The notes under the pieces: generated by a model
Told to the model about the DNA's origin: nothing
The model's input: the letters and a program-made list of their open reading frames with translations, nothing else
The model's database searches: none
In this document: positions 53,801 to 63,466 of the stretch, piece by piece
How positions within the stretch are numbered: the first letter of the stretch is position 1
How the letters are laid out: each line of letters starts with the position of its first letter
Position numbers and translations under genes: made by a program
Assembly: GCA_025361735.1 (NCBI GenBank)
Contig: JANYKD010000125.1
Span: forward strand, 136 to 64,135
DNA from: Phycisphaerales bacterium
GTDB taxonomy: Bacteria > Planctomycetota > Phycisphaerae > Tepidisphaerales > Tepidisphaeraceae
DNA: 64,000 bases
Direction of reading: 5' to 3'

Positions 53801-53830
53801 GCGAGAAAGGCACGATGTTGTCGTGAGTGA
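53519..53830 (+). CDS. Arg-rich small protein (103 aa), paralogue of 45283-45588
   Basis: 'MEKDVKS...QLTRARARRWALLCTLRILRRSVLNGRPISLPNLMRFYRRR...EQPFHGTDWRRWC'. Divergence from its paralogue is biased towards synonymous changes. Confidence 0.6.
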   Translation: MEKDVKSGARQLTRARARRWALLCTLRILRRSVLNGRPISLPNLMRFYRRRGSEMMPMLIGGPPDAAWLIDFYLAEQPFHGTDWRRWCAAVRATARKARCCRE

Positions 53831-54191
53831 GGCATCCTCAATCCCGGCCGATGGTGTTTACATCGCCCTCTTCCACCTTGCACACGCCCGGCAAATCCGA
53901 GTCGGACAACTCGGCACCATCGCCTTTCCGGCTGGCCGATATGCCTATGTCGGCACCGCCCAGCGAAACCTGCTGGCCCGACTGTCCCGGCATGGTCGGC
54001 GGCGAAAGCCCTTGAAATGGCACATTGATTATCTGTCCGTGCGGGCCAAGATGATCGGGGCCATTGTCATCGAGGGGTCGAAATCGCTGGAGTGCAGGTT
54101 GGCGGCAATGTTGGCGAAACACGGGGCGGAGCCGGTCGCTGGGTTCGGTTGCACCGATTGCAGGTGCCGGTCACACCTGTTTCGGGTGTAG
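53823..54191 (+). CDS. DUF123 (GIY-YIG/URI-superfamily-like) protein
   Basis: 'GVYIALFHL...GRYAYVGTAQRNLLARLSRHGRRRKPLKWHIDYL...GFGCTDCRCRSHLF' matches the DUF123 signature. Confidence 0.6.
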   Translation: MSEASSIPADGVYIALFHLAHARQIRVGQLGTIAFPAGRYAYVGTAQRNLLARLSRHGRRRKPLKWHIDYLSVRAKMIGAIVIEGSKSLECRLAAMLAKHGAEPVAGFGCTDCRCRSHLFRV

Positions 54192-54319
54192 CCGAACCTG
54201 CCCCCAGTTGAGCGGACGTGCTGGGTCATATTCTCCGCAAGCGAACTGCCCCATGTCGGCTATGATACCGTCGTCCATTCCGGCCATAACGGCTGAACCA
54301 CAGAACGCGGCGGTTATCC

Positions 54320-55105
54320 ATGGGCCTCCAGTTTCAATCCCTTCGCTCCAGCAGCAGTGGTAACTGCCTTCTGGTACGGACGGACCAGACCGCCATCCTG
54401 CTCGATTGCGGGATTACGACCCAGCGAGCCTGCCGCAGGCTGTTCGACCAACACCTCGGGAGCCCGCCGAGACTTCATGCCGTGGTGGTTTCGCACGCCC
54501 ATGGTGACCACATCTGCTACTCTGCCCTCCGGGTTCTGGGCGACCAGAACATCCCGATCCACTGCCATGGTGAGGTGGTCCAGCAGATTCAGGACAAGCA
54601 TGTGGGCGACTGGGACTGTCCGCCGCGACTCCGACCGTTCTCGTGCGACACCTTCCAGATCGGGGACTTGGAGGTGCAGCCCATCGAAGTGCCCCATGAT
54701 CCTGATTTCCTGACTTTTGGCTTCGTGATCAGGGCTGGCCGTAAGAAGATCGTGGTGGCCACCGATTTCCACCAGCCGCAGGCGGTTGCCGAGCATCTGG
54801 CCGACGCCGATTTCATCTTCGTCGAAGCCAACCACGATCTCGAACTTCTGCGGCTGCACTGGAACCCGTCGAGCCTGTTCCACCTGAGCAATCCCAAGAC
54901 GGCCGAGCTTCTCTGCCAGGCCCGCAAACGCCGCTGCCGTCCGCCGCAGGCGGTCATGCTTGGGCATCTGAGCCGCCAGCGGAATACAGACGAACTAGCG
55001 ATGACCGCCGTGCGGGAGCGATTCGAGGCAGAAGAGGTTGCCTTGGATTTCAGGCTCGCGGTTGCCCCGCGATACGCGGCATCCGAGGTCATCAGCATCC
55101 AGTAG
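54320..55105 (+). CDS. Metallo-beta-lactamase-fold hydrolase
   Basis: 'VVVSHAHGDHI' (HxHxDH) plus downstream His/Asp residues. Confidence 0.8.
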   Translation: MGLQFQSLRSSSSGNCLLVRTDQTAILLDCGITTQRACRRLFDQHLGSPPRLHAVVVSHAHGDHICYSALRVLGDQNIPIHCHGEVVQQIQDKHVGDWDCPPRLRPFSCDTFQIGDLEVQPIEVPHDPDFLTFGFVIRAGRKKIVVATDFHQPQAVAEHLADADFIFVEANHDLELLRLHWNPSSLFHLSNPKTAELLCQARKRRCRPPQAVMLGHLSRQRNTDELAMTAVRERFEAEEVALDFRLAVAPRYAASEVISIQ

Positions 55106-55132
55106 CTGTCCATCAGCGCTATCATTCGGGAG

Positions 55133-55885
55133 ATGAGCCTCTACTACCAAGCCGACGACCGAGTCTTCCAGAAACTGCGCGCAGCCGGGAAGACCTCCTG
55201 GGATGAACAAGCCGATCCCCAGGCCAGCTTCGACAACTTCGTCATGCGGCCCTTCCTAGAGGAATCACTCGCCGAGATGGCTGGGCCACTGGACGGACTT
55301 TCCGCGCTGGAGATCGGCTGCGGCAGCGGCCCGGTCTCGTGCTTTCTGGCCGCCAACGGACTGGCTGTGCGCGGTATCGACGTGTCCCCCACCGCGCTGG
55401 AGATGGCGCGCCAGCATGCCGCAGAACGCGGGATGAACGTGCAGTTTGATTCCGCCGACATCTGCCACATGCCCGAGCAGCAAGACCGGTACGATCTGAT
55501 CGTCGACGGCCATTGCCTGCACTGTCTCGTGTCAGATGAGCACCGGCGTACAGCATTGACAGCCATCCATGGATTGCTCAAACCGGGTGGTCGTTTCCTG
55601 ATCGAGACCATGATTTCGCATCCGGGCTTGATCGTCGGGGCGAACTATCACCTCGACGCTCGGGGCGTGCTTTCAATCAAGGTGGATGATCCGGCAGGCC
55701 GTGATGGTGCCTTCACGTCGGGCAGCGAGTGGTTCGCACCCTATCGCCGACTCCTCTCCGCAGATCAGGTGACGACGGAGCTTCGCGATGCCGGTTTCGC
55801 GATGCAGTCGCACCGCGTGGCCGAGCAGAAGGATCCGCGCAAGCCGATGCTGATGCAGATCCGCGCCGGTCATCGACCGACTTGA
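55133..55885 (+). CDS. Class I SAM-dependent methyltransferase
   Basis: Motif I 'ALEIGCGSGPVSCFLA', then 'GIDVSPTALEMAR', 'YDLIVDGHCLH' and 'LKPGGRFL'. Confidence 0.8.
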   Translation: MSLYYQADDRVFQKLRAAGKTSWDEQADPQASFDNFVMRPFLEESLAEMAGPLDGLSALEIGCGSGPVSCFLAANGLAVRGIDVSPTALEMARQHAAERGMNVQFDSADICHMPEQQDRYDLIVDGHCLHCLVSDEHRRTALTAIHGLLKPGGRFLIETMISHPGLIVGANYHLDARGVLSIKVDDPAGRDGAFTSGSEWFAPYRRLLSADQVTTELRDAGFAMQSHRVAEQKDPRKPMLMQIRAGHRPT

Positions 55886-56189
55886 GCTCACAGACCAATT
55901 CCCGCCAAGACAACGAGCTGGGCTTCGCGGCCCGTGGTAAAAGTCCCTCAAGCTGTCCGAAGATTCTTCCCAGAGCTTCCGCATGTAACTTTCTTGCCGC
56001 GGTTTCTGACCCAGAAGCGCAGTCTCAAGATGCCGGGCTAGCCACTGACCCGCCTGGGCGCTCGGGAAACGCTGGTGGGAATTCTACATGCGGAAGCCCT
56101 GAGATTCTTCCGATTTCTCGGCGCATCACTGACCGGCATGTGTCAGTGGCTCTTTGTACAAACCGGGTCGCAAACATAAGGAGTCCACC

Positions 56190-56330
56190 ATGCGACCTGC
56201 TGCACCAGCGTTCACCGAAGGATTGTTCGCCGAGATGACCGTCGCGGCCCCGCCGACCACGGATGGCACCCGCGTCACGGCGGCCACGGACGCCGCGCAG
56301 GAACCGGAGCGGTGGGATGGGTTGTCGTAA
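56190..56330 (+). CDS. Possible small ORF (46 aa), MRPAAPAFTEGLFAEMTVAAPPTTDGTRVTAATDAAQEPERWDGLS
   Basis: A canonical SD 'aaggag' lies 6 nt upstream of the ATG. It is below the ORF-track length cut-off. There is no other support. Confidence 0.25.
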   Translation: MRPAAPAFTEGLFAEMTVAAPPTTDGTRVTAATDAAQEPERWDGLS

Positions 56331-56386
56331 TGAGTGTCACGGCCGTGTTGACACATCGACATGGATCAGCCACCTTCGACACCAAG

Positions 56387-56735
56387 CCCCTTGATGCGTG
56401 CGATCTTGCGACTTTCCGCAAATCCGCCGACTTTTATCTTGCTACTCGATTTAGAGCGAGTGTAGATTGATTTAAGAGATGGACGAGCGGCGAAAAGCAC
56501 AAGGGCTACGAGAAGCCGAGCGTCCATGAGTGATAGAGGACGGACGGCAAAAGATCACAAGGTCGGGAGTGCCGAACGTCCGGAATGCAAGACACGCCAG
56601 CAGGTCATGGACGGGAACAGAAATCCCCTCCATGAAAGCTGGCGTGCCGCTTTTGTGTACGGTGGACCGGCCCAACAGCCCCCATTTGTTCAGTCTTCTT
56701 CTCCGGCGGCAGCGCGCCCAACCACACGTCGCGGT
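56387..56735 (+). repeat. Conserved ~350-nt non-coding element, copy 2 (pairs with 7524-7880)
   Basis: See copy 1. Stop codons interrupt every frame that is open in copy 1. Confidence 0.6.
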
Positions 56736-57173
56736 AAGATTTGTGTCCGTGGCACAATTCATCGAGGCGGCCGAATAGAAACCCCCGGCCGCGCTGGCCA
56801 TCAAGAGAACCGCGACGATGAGTTTCCTCGAAGGCTATGTGCGACAGATGCAGGAGGCCGAGCAGATAGCGACGAGACGCTTTCAGGCTGGAATGGCCTC
56901 CCAACTGGACGGCCTTGAAGCTCAGTACATCCGCTTGGAAGCCGAGATGTGGCTGGCCAAGGCTCGTGAGCAGTAGTCCGAGGATCAGCGCCCATGCCCA
57001 AGTGTTTCGGGTTATGGGGCGGATTCTACCAGATCAGCAGTGTCGGTATGACGCTGGCGAATGACCTGCAAGATCGTTTCAGTTTCCGCCGATCTCTGCG
57101 AGTGCTGGGGGAGAATATGGCCTGGTTGCTGGAGAGCGTGGCCGGACGGAATTTGGTTTAGGAGACTCTTTCA

Positions 57174-59156
57174 TCAAGGCTCTGTCGCCAGGGTGATTTC
57201 GTAAATTCTCACGGCCAGCTTCGGCAGTTCATCCGCAAAGCCCGCCTCGCGAATGAGGATGTCCCGGCCTTCGGTCAGCTCACGAACGCCCCGGGATCTG
57301 GGCGGGAGTTTGAACGTAATCGTGCCGTCGCCATCGCCGTCGTTGGCGGCCACGATATAGGCCTTGCCACTGTTGCCGCGCACGATCCAATGCAGCCAGG
57401 CGGGTCGCTCGCCCTCGAGGGAAACACTCGGCGGCGGCTCAATCGATAACACCATCGGCGCGAATCGGTCGATCTCGGCGGCAATGGTCTTCAGGGCATC
57501 CCACTGTTTCTCGAACGGCACGTCGGCGTTGCGCTTGAGGTCAAACCACGAGTAGAAGACCAGCCCCGTCGCTCCCTCGCAGATACACTGCCACGACATG
57601 CTGCGCATCTCCGCTGGCGTGGGCGTGCGGCCATTGGTCTTGTCCACATCGTTCTTCCCGTAGTTGCCCCAGTTGAACACCTGCGGCACCTGCCACATCG
57701 GGCGGCTGCGTTCGGCCTGATCGAATGTCCTGGCCGTCCACTGTGCCGCCAGCGAGGCGGGCTTTCGCCCGATGGGATACGGATCGGTGCCGATCACGTC
57801 AAACGTCTTGAGATACGCCCGGACCTGGTCCACCTGGTACAGCACGATCCAGGTCGGGTGGTTGGGATCTTCCTGGGCTGCCCAGCGCTGGTGAGCTTCG
57901 AGACGCGGCATGTACTCCTCGCCCAGTTCATCATTGAGATACCACGCGATCACGGCCGGGTGATCGCGGAACTGCCGGATGCGCTGGCGGACAACTCGCT
58001 CCTCGTCCTCAACCGATTTGATGAACGGCGGGCAGGATTTGATGCCGAAATACCAGTCCTTGACCGAGTAGATCACCTTGAGTTTGTGCTGCTGTGCCAG
58101 ATCCAGTTGCGCCTGGGTCGGCGATCCATAGGGCATGATGCAGTTGAACTTGCTGTCGGCATAGAGTTTGAGATCCTTCTCGTTGATCGCGTGCCAGTAC
58201 ATACCCAGCGGGAAGAACGGCTTGCCGTCGATCAGCAGCCGCCGGTGTTCGTCGAACGTGCTTCTGGGTGCGGCACCGGGAGCGAGTTGAATCAGCTCAT
58301 GCCGATCGGCCTGCATTTCCTTTCCTGCAGGGTCCAGCAGTCGCAGTGTGAGTTGATAGGTCCCCGGAGACAGGCCGGCTACGGGAAACGCAATGTCGGT
58401 GGGCTGTGGCGATGGCCTGGGACGGACGGCTTCCTGCGCAAGGGGCTTGGCATTGTCGGCTGATCGGATGGTCGCCTCGATCTGAAGCTGGTCGGGTTTG
58501 TAGGGAAGACCCAGCAGGCTGAGCCGCACGCGGGTCGTGATCTTTCCCGATGAACCGGCCGGGATTTGCCCGCGATAGTTCGGCCAGAGCAGTGTGCTGC
58601 TCAGTGGCGGGTCGATGACCCGCACCACTTCGACATCATCGAACCAGGCCTCGCCGGTCATTCCACGCCGGGCGTAACAGGAAAGAGTGACACTCCCCGC
58701 GTTCTCGGGGATACGCGCGACCGTTTCGACGCGCGTCCAGTCGCGTGTTCCCTTGACGCCGTCGGGATACGCGCCGCCCAGCCACTTGCCGCTGCTGTCC
58801 GTCCACTCCAGGCAGATGGTCGCACCGGAATCAGGGCCAACGAGGTCTTTGGTTTTCACCCAGGCGCTGATGCGAGTCTTCCACCCGGGCTGGAGCGACA
58901 GCTTCTGGGCGCACAGCACATATCGCTTGGGATCGTTGTTCACGAACTTGAGCGATGTCTTGCCGCTGCGGGCGATGATCATGTCCGTCGAATAAGCCGC
59001 CCGATCACCCCGCCAGCCCTCGGGCAGATTGCTCGGCGCTGTGTTCTCGAATGAGGGATTGGAGACGAGATTGGCCACGTCTTCCGCACGAGCAAGCCCG
59101 GCAAGAATGAGCAATGACGCAACGAGATGGCTTCGCAGAATCGAGGACATGCGCAT
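57174..59156 (-). CDS. Secreted glycoside-hydrolase-like protein with an N-terminal CBM-like domain
   Basis: The start at 59156 gives the signal peptide 'MRMSSILRSHLVASLLILAGLARA'. 'NLVSNPSFENTAPSNLPEGW' is CBM-like. The TIM-barrel-like part is 'IDGKPFFPLGMYW...HPAVIAWYLNDELG'. Confidence 0.5.
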   Translation of the reverse strand: MRMSSILRSHLVASLLILAGLARAEDVANLVSNPSFENTAPSNLPEGWRGDRAAYSTDMIIARSGKTSLKFVNNDPKRYVLCAQKLSLQPGWKTRISAWVKTKDLVGPDSGATICLEWTDSSGKWLGGAYPDGVKGTRDWTRVETVARIPENAGSVTLSCYARRGMTGEAWFDDVEVVRVIDPPLSSTLLWPNYRGQIPAGSSGKITTRVRLSLLGLPYKPDQLQIEATIRSADNAKPLAQEAVRPRPSPQPTDIAFPVAGLSPGTYQLTLRLLDPAGKEMQADRHELIQLAPGAAPRSTFDEHRRLLIDGKPFFPLGMYWHAINEKDLKLYADSKFNCIMPYGSPTQAQLDLAQQHKLKVIYSVKDWYFGIKSCPPFIKSVEDEERVVRQRIRQFRDHPAVIAWYLNDELGEEYMPRLEAHQRWAAQEDPNHPTWIVLYQVDQVRAYLKTFDVIGTDPYPIGRKPASLAAQWTARTFDQAERSRPMWQVPQVFNWGNYGKNDVDKTNGRTPTPAEMRSMSWQCICEGATGLVFYSWFDLKRNADVPFEKQWDALKTIAAEIDRFAPMVLSIEPPPSVSLEGERPAWLHWIVRGNSGKAYIVAANDGDGDGTITFKLPPRSRGVRELTEGRDILIREAGFADELPKLAVRIYEITLATEP

Positions 59157-59561
59157 AATGAGATCTCCACGAGATGAGTACCCCTGCGGGGGCCGTGGCG
59201 CTGAACGGAATCGACCTCGCACCACGATCCTTCACCAGATCGTCGATGATCTTGTGGTACTCAAGACCTTCGGAGCCAGGTGGGATGCGGCAGAGCATGA
59301 GTGCCAGGCTGACGCATCGGCAGACAATGTGGCAGTCTTGCACACAGCTCTGTCGCAAAAACCGAAATATGATCGTCGAGGATGGCGACGGCGCGCAAGC
59401 ACCAACAACACAACATACTTGCATCGAGGCTTGGGCCGTCGATTCGGTTGTTGCCGCCTCTGGCACGATCATTGCTCTGGGCCATCTCGCAACACACAAC
59501 GGATTACGGGTCGCACCCAACGCCCCGTGGTCAGATGACTCACTCTCCATTCCCTCCTCCT

Positions 59562-59592
59562 AACGCCGGGCCGAGCCCCCCGGCGTTTTTTC
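59562..59592 (+). terminator. Intrinsic-terminator-like hairpin of unclear assignment
   Basis: A 9-bp stem (aacgccggg / cccggcgtt) followed by tttttt on the plus strand. No convincing plus-strand gene ends here. Confidence 0.35.
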
Positions 59593-59659
59593 TATTTCGG
59601 CCCTTGGTTGACCGGCAAGTTCCTTGCGGACGAGCCTGGAATCACTGACGATAACTGCC

Positions 59660-60004
59660 ATGGCAAAGAACTTCATCCTCGCGGACTTGAATCAGATCCC
59701 GCCGGTTGCTTGTCCCTGCGGCCAGGCGCGGCGTGCATTCGCGCTGCCCGAGAACGGGGCCGCCTCGGTCCATCTGGTCGAGATCCGCGACGACGCTCGC
59801 GCGCATTACCACAAACGGATGACGGAGATCTATCTGGTGCTCGATGGCGAAGGGCATCTGGAACTGGATGGCGAGAAGGTTCCCGTGAAGCCCATGACGA
59901 CGGTGCTGATTAAGCCCGGCTGCCGTCATCGGGCGGTGGGCGCGATGAAGATTATCAATATCGTCGTCCCACCGTTTGACGCAGCGGACGAATGGTTCGA
60001 CTAG
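59660..60004 (+). CDS. Cupin-domain protein
   Basis: 'HYHKRMTEIYLVLDGEGHLELDGEKVPVKPMTTVLIKPGCRHRAVG' is a cupin_2 pattern. I prefer the ATG at 59660 over the TTG at 59624. Confidence 0.7.
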   Translation: MAKNFILADLNQIPPVACPCGQARRAFALPENGAASVHLVEIRDDARAHYHKRMTEIYLVLDGEGHLELDGEKVPVKPMTTVLIKPGCRHRAVGAMKIINIVVPPFDAADEWFD

Positions 60005-60395
60005 ATGGGTACGCAGGGGAGCCAGACCGTGTCGAACAGGCACCGCTGGCGCAGGTGCCGGGACGGAAGCGGGAGAATCTCGGGCGGATCGCTGCAAACA
60101 CCCGGTAGGCAAGATGGGCCAAGGGTCGTGTCAGCCGCCAGCGGAGCGGCCGGGCCAACCAGGTCCAGCCCACCGCGTCATACAACTCCGCGAGCGCGTC
60201 AATGCCGCGCAACACGGAGCCGTCCGGCCGGATTACGTGCATTGCCCCAAGCACCTGCATTACGGTCAGGCCATACTGTTGCGGGTTGAACGTCGGGGTG
60301 GTGATGTCCTCGAAGGCGATGTGGCCATGCTGGTCCGCCCGCCGAAGGGCCGCCGCCTCGCGGGAACACAACGGGCACTGGCCATCGAAGAGCAT
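59955..60395 (-). CDS. Thiol-disulfide oxidoreductase, DCC family (DUF393)
   Basis: 'LFDGQCPLCSREAAALRRADQHGHIAFEDI'. The start is uncertain (ATG at 60395, or upstream to 60470). Confidence 0.65.
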   Translation of the reverse strand: MLFDGQCPLCSREAAALRRADQHGHIAFEDITTPTFNPQQYGLTVMQVLGAMHVIRPDGSVLRGIDALAELYDAVGWTWLARPLRWRLTRPLAHLAYRVFAAIRPRFSRFRPGTCASGACSTRSGSPAYPSSRTIRPLRQTVGRRY

Positions 60396-60450
60396 CTTGA
60401 GCCGCCACGATGGAGTCGCTGCTGTCACGGACCATTGTAGGCGGCAAGCG

Positions 60451-60864
60451 TCACGGCACGAACCACGCATCGTCCTGGATGGCTTTCATGCTCTGGTCCA
60501 CGGAGAGTGCGTCGTAGATCCCCACCCATTCGCCGGTGTGCCGCATGAAGTACAGGGCAAACTTGCCATCGCCGAGGTATTCCATCCTGGCAAACTTCGA
60601 CTCGAACGTGGGCGAGATGGCGTTCGGGCCTGGGCAGGTGTAGGTCGAGATGAAGTAGAAGCTGTTCCCGTGCCACTTCGCCCCGATGTCGGCGATGTAG
60701 TTGAACTGCGCCCCGGCAGGCGGCGGATGAATGTGTTTGGGCTTCAGGATGCCTTCGATCAATTTGGCGGCCTTGGCCCCCACCTCCATCCTGATTGCAT
60801 CCGGCACGGATGGCTTGGGACTCTTCTTGGGGCTAATCATCCAGGCTTTACGCTGCTTCGCCAT
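60451..60864 (-). CDS. DUF3024-like protein
   Basis: 'FARMEYLGDGKFALYFMRHTGEWVGIYDALSVDQSMKAIQDDAWF' fits my recollection of DUF3024. The ATG at 60864 gives 'MAKQRKAW...'. Confidence 0.5.
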   Translation of the reverse strand: MAKQRKAWMISPKKSPKPSVPDAIRMEVGAKAAKLIEGILKPKHIHPPPAGAQFNYIADIGAKWHGNSFYFISTYTCPGPNAISPTFESKFARMEYLGDGKFALYFMRHTGEWVGIYDALSVDQSMKAIQDDAWFVP

Positions 60865-61028
60865 GGTTGTCCATCCATTCGATTGAGGGGAAGCACATGG
60901 GGATCGACGTGACACCCGAGCCGCCACTCATTCCCGAAAGGATGCCACACGAGCTGCCCGACTGCAAATGGCCGCAGACCATCGAACGGCTCCTACCGGC
61001 CCTCAACTGCTCCCGATAGAATCTGCCT

Positions 61029-61904
61029 ATGGGCCAAATCAGTCGAAAACTCGCCGCCCGCTTTCGTGACAGCGGGAAATACCGCAAAGCCATCCGGGAG
61101 CAGGCCAAGCAGATCCGCGAGTCACACCAGATTCCCACGGACCTGAACAGCATCGACCAATTGGTGAAGCAAGGGTTCGACCCGCTTCATGCGGCCTACG
61201 TCTCCATTCAGAACTTCGTCGCTTTCTTTGCCGAGACCGTGTCGGCCCTCGATGAATTCGATCCATACTCCAAGGTGATCGGGGCTGACGTGGAGGAATA
61301 CATGCCGCAAGGCCCGCCGATGAGCCCGCTGACGGGGAGTTACTTCACAACAACTGCCTTCTTCGACTTTCGCTTCGGGCCGGACGGGGAAACCATCGGT
61401 ACTTGCCTGCTCGATGTTGGCGGCGACATCGGCATGGATGAGGGGATGATGGAACTCACCCGCTGTTTTCAGAACACCCGCATGGGAATCTACGAACACA
61501 TCGGCATCAAAGATGGCAAGGTGCAACTGCGAGAGTTGCTTACGGATGAGGTCTTCAACTGCCACGCCACTTCCGGTTACACCGGCAAGGAAGGCGAACT
61601 GTGGTACGTCCGGCTGTGCCCGCCCATCGTGGATCTCTTGGATTATCACGTCGTCTTCACCACGCCGTATGTGCTGGTCAATGCCGGCAAGACCGACTGG
61701 ATCGCCTACCTGAACAAGAACATCATGGGGGCGACTGATTCCCGGCAGGCCCTCTACAAGTTTCTGAAGTACGGGGCAACCTGGAATCGCTGGAACGAAT
61801 TCGTTTTTCAGGCCTATCACCACCATCAGTCCAACGTGATCTTCCTCGCGGGTCTGCCGAATGTAAAAGGCAGCCTGCCCCACGCCAGCAACCGACCCAC
61901 GTAA
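61029..61904 (+). CDS. Hypothetical protein (291 aa)
   Basis: A long ORF with protein-like composition. The next gene starts 11 nt downstream. Confidence 0.5.
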   Translation: MGQISRKLAARFRDSGKYRKAIREQAKQIRESHQIPTDLNSIDQLVKQGFDPLHAAYVSIQNFVAFFAETVSALDEFDPYSKVIGADVEEYMPQGPPMSPLTGSYFTTTAFFDFRFGPDGETIGTCLLDVGGDIGMDEGMMELTRCFQNTRMGIYEHIGIKDGKVQLRELLTDEVFNCHATSGYTGKEGELWYVRLCPPIVDLLDYHVVFTTPYVLVNAGKTDWIAYLNKNIMGATDSRQALYKFLKYGATWNRWNEFVFQAYHHHQSNVIFLAGLPNVKGSLPHASNRPT

Positions 61905-61915
61905 GAGGAAACATC

Positions 61916-63466
61916 GTGACTTATTCCATGCACCGTCCTGAGGGGTATGAAGGACACGGCGATCGGCACCTTCAGGAAACCGCACGCCAGCTTCGGCAGA
62001 AGCTCTCGGACATGCAGCGGCACTTCAGCCACGATTCTCTCCGTCTGGATTCTAATGGGCTCAGCGAACTCGCCGGTATCCTGGTCGATTTCGGGGAAGA
62101 TCTTGCCAATGGTACGGGGATATGGGAAGCGTATGAACGCTACAACACCGAGTTCTTCGGAACGGCCCTGCCTCTGATCTCCGGCGAAAACGGCGGCAAC
62201 CCCAGCACCGCCTTCCATCCTGGCCGGTTCCAGCATTTCCTCTGGGTTCTCTATCCAACGCTGATCGACGGGCTGACACTCTCGCCCACGCATCAGGATA
62301 TTCTCCGCATCGCCAAAGCCTGCAGCGCATTTCTTTCCGACGAATTCTCAGCTATTCCCAAGGGATCCGGCGTCAAGGCATTTCTCGGCACGCCCAACGA
62401 CCATGGCTGGGATGTGAAGCGTAAACTGATCTGGCTCGGATCCCATTCCTACATGTTCCGGGTGTTTTACGCTCGCTACATGGCCGAGCACACTCGTGCG
62501 GACCAGATCGTCGCGTACACCGACGACTTCATTTGTCAGGAATGCACCCACTGGTCCGGGTTGGGGGCCATCGACATCCTGGCGGGTGTGCTGGATATTT
62601 CCGAACATGATCGCAGGGATCTGCGGAGCTGGTACGAGCGACACGCCGCGTGCTATCGACTTGACTCGGTGAACGAGGAAACCCTCCAGGCCGTGAATCT
62701 CATCAACAATCAGTCGTATTCGATCCGAATGAACATGAAACATCCGTTCAAACGAGGGCAGTTCGTTTTCAGCAGCCTGACCCCGTGGCGTGGAGAGTGG
62801 TACTGGTCGGGTCAGCAACATGTCTATGGCGATGCTTCCAATGTCGACGTCGATGATCTGGTAAGGAAGATGAAGCGGCAGAGTCCCGGAATCGTGTGCC
62901 GGTACTCAAAGGAGTATGAGGCGCAGGTGCGGGAGCGAGCGGCAGAACTGCACAAACAGGCGATGGCGTTCTACGGCAAGGACTTGATGGTGTATCCTGA
63001 CGGCTTGTCGATGGCGGCGGACTGGCAGAAGGAGATTCGCCAGCAATGGGAATCGAAGCCAGAGCAGGAAGTGAAAGATGTCATCGACAGACACCAACTG
63101 GAGAAGGGCCGCCCGGACATGAAGATACCGGACGATCTGCTTCGGGCGAAAGGCGGTGTTGGCGTTTTCCTCAACCCCGAAGAAGGCAAGGAGGTCATGA
63201 CACACTTCACGTCCCTGATCGCAGGGCTGGCGAAGAAGGGCAAGAGCCTGACCGAGAACGAGGCGGGTGCCATTTACGATTTCTTCGATGCGGATGCAAT
63301 CAGTCCGAATTTCGTCAGGCGGGTGCTGGAGGAATACGGCGACGAGTCGATAAAAACGGTGTTCCTGTTGAAGGACAACCCGCCGGATTATTGGCTGAAC
63401 TACATTCTGCGGAGCCGGAAAGGGCATTTCTACCGAAAACGCTATCCGTCCTTGTCCGTGATTTGA
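61916..63466 (+). CDS. Hypothetical protein (516 aa)
   Basis: A long ORF coupled to the previous gene. No motif recognised. Confidence 0.5.
   Translation: MTYSMHRPEGYEGHGDRHLQETARQLRQKLSDMQRHFSHDSLRLDSNGLSELAGILVDFGEDLANGTGIWEAYERYNTEFFGTALPLISGENGGNPSTAFHPGRFQHFLWVLYPTLIDGLTLSPTHQDILRIAKACSAFLSDEFSAIPKGSGVKAFLGTPNDHGWDVKRKLIWLGSHSYMFRVFYARYMAEHTRADQIVAYTDDFICQECTHWSGLGAIDILAGVLDISEHDRRDLRSWYERHAACYRLDSVNEETLQAVNLINNQSYSIRMNMKHPFKRGQFVFSSLTPWRGEWYWSGQQHVYGDASNVDVDDLVRKMKRQSPGIVCRYSKEYEAQVRERAAELHKQAMAFYGKDLMVYPDGLSMAADWQKEIRQQWESKPEQEVKDVIDRHQLEKGRPDMKIPDDLLRAKGGVGVFLNPEEGKEVMTHFTSLIAGLAKKGKSLTENEAGAIYDFFDADAISPNFVRRVLEEYGDESIKTVFLLKDNPPDYWLNYILRSRKGHFYRKRYPSLSVI

Noticed and set aside
56818-56976. 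A 52-aa ORF 'MSFLEGYVRQMQEAEQIATRRFQAGMASQLDGLEAQYIRLEAEMWLAKAREQ' resembling the C-terminal helix of TolC-like outer-membrane proteins
   Set aside because: It is too short to assign, nothing upstream continues the frame, and no SD is present. It is probably a gene fragment in the degenerate 55.9-57.2 kb region.
59955-60004. A 50-nt convergent overlap of the cupin and DCC genes as a regulatory feature
   Set aside because: Tail-to-tail overlaps of this size are common in compact high-GC genomes. Nothing else is unusual here.
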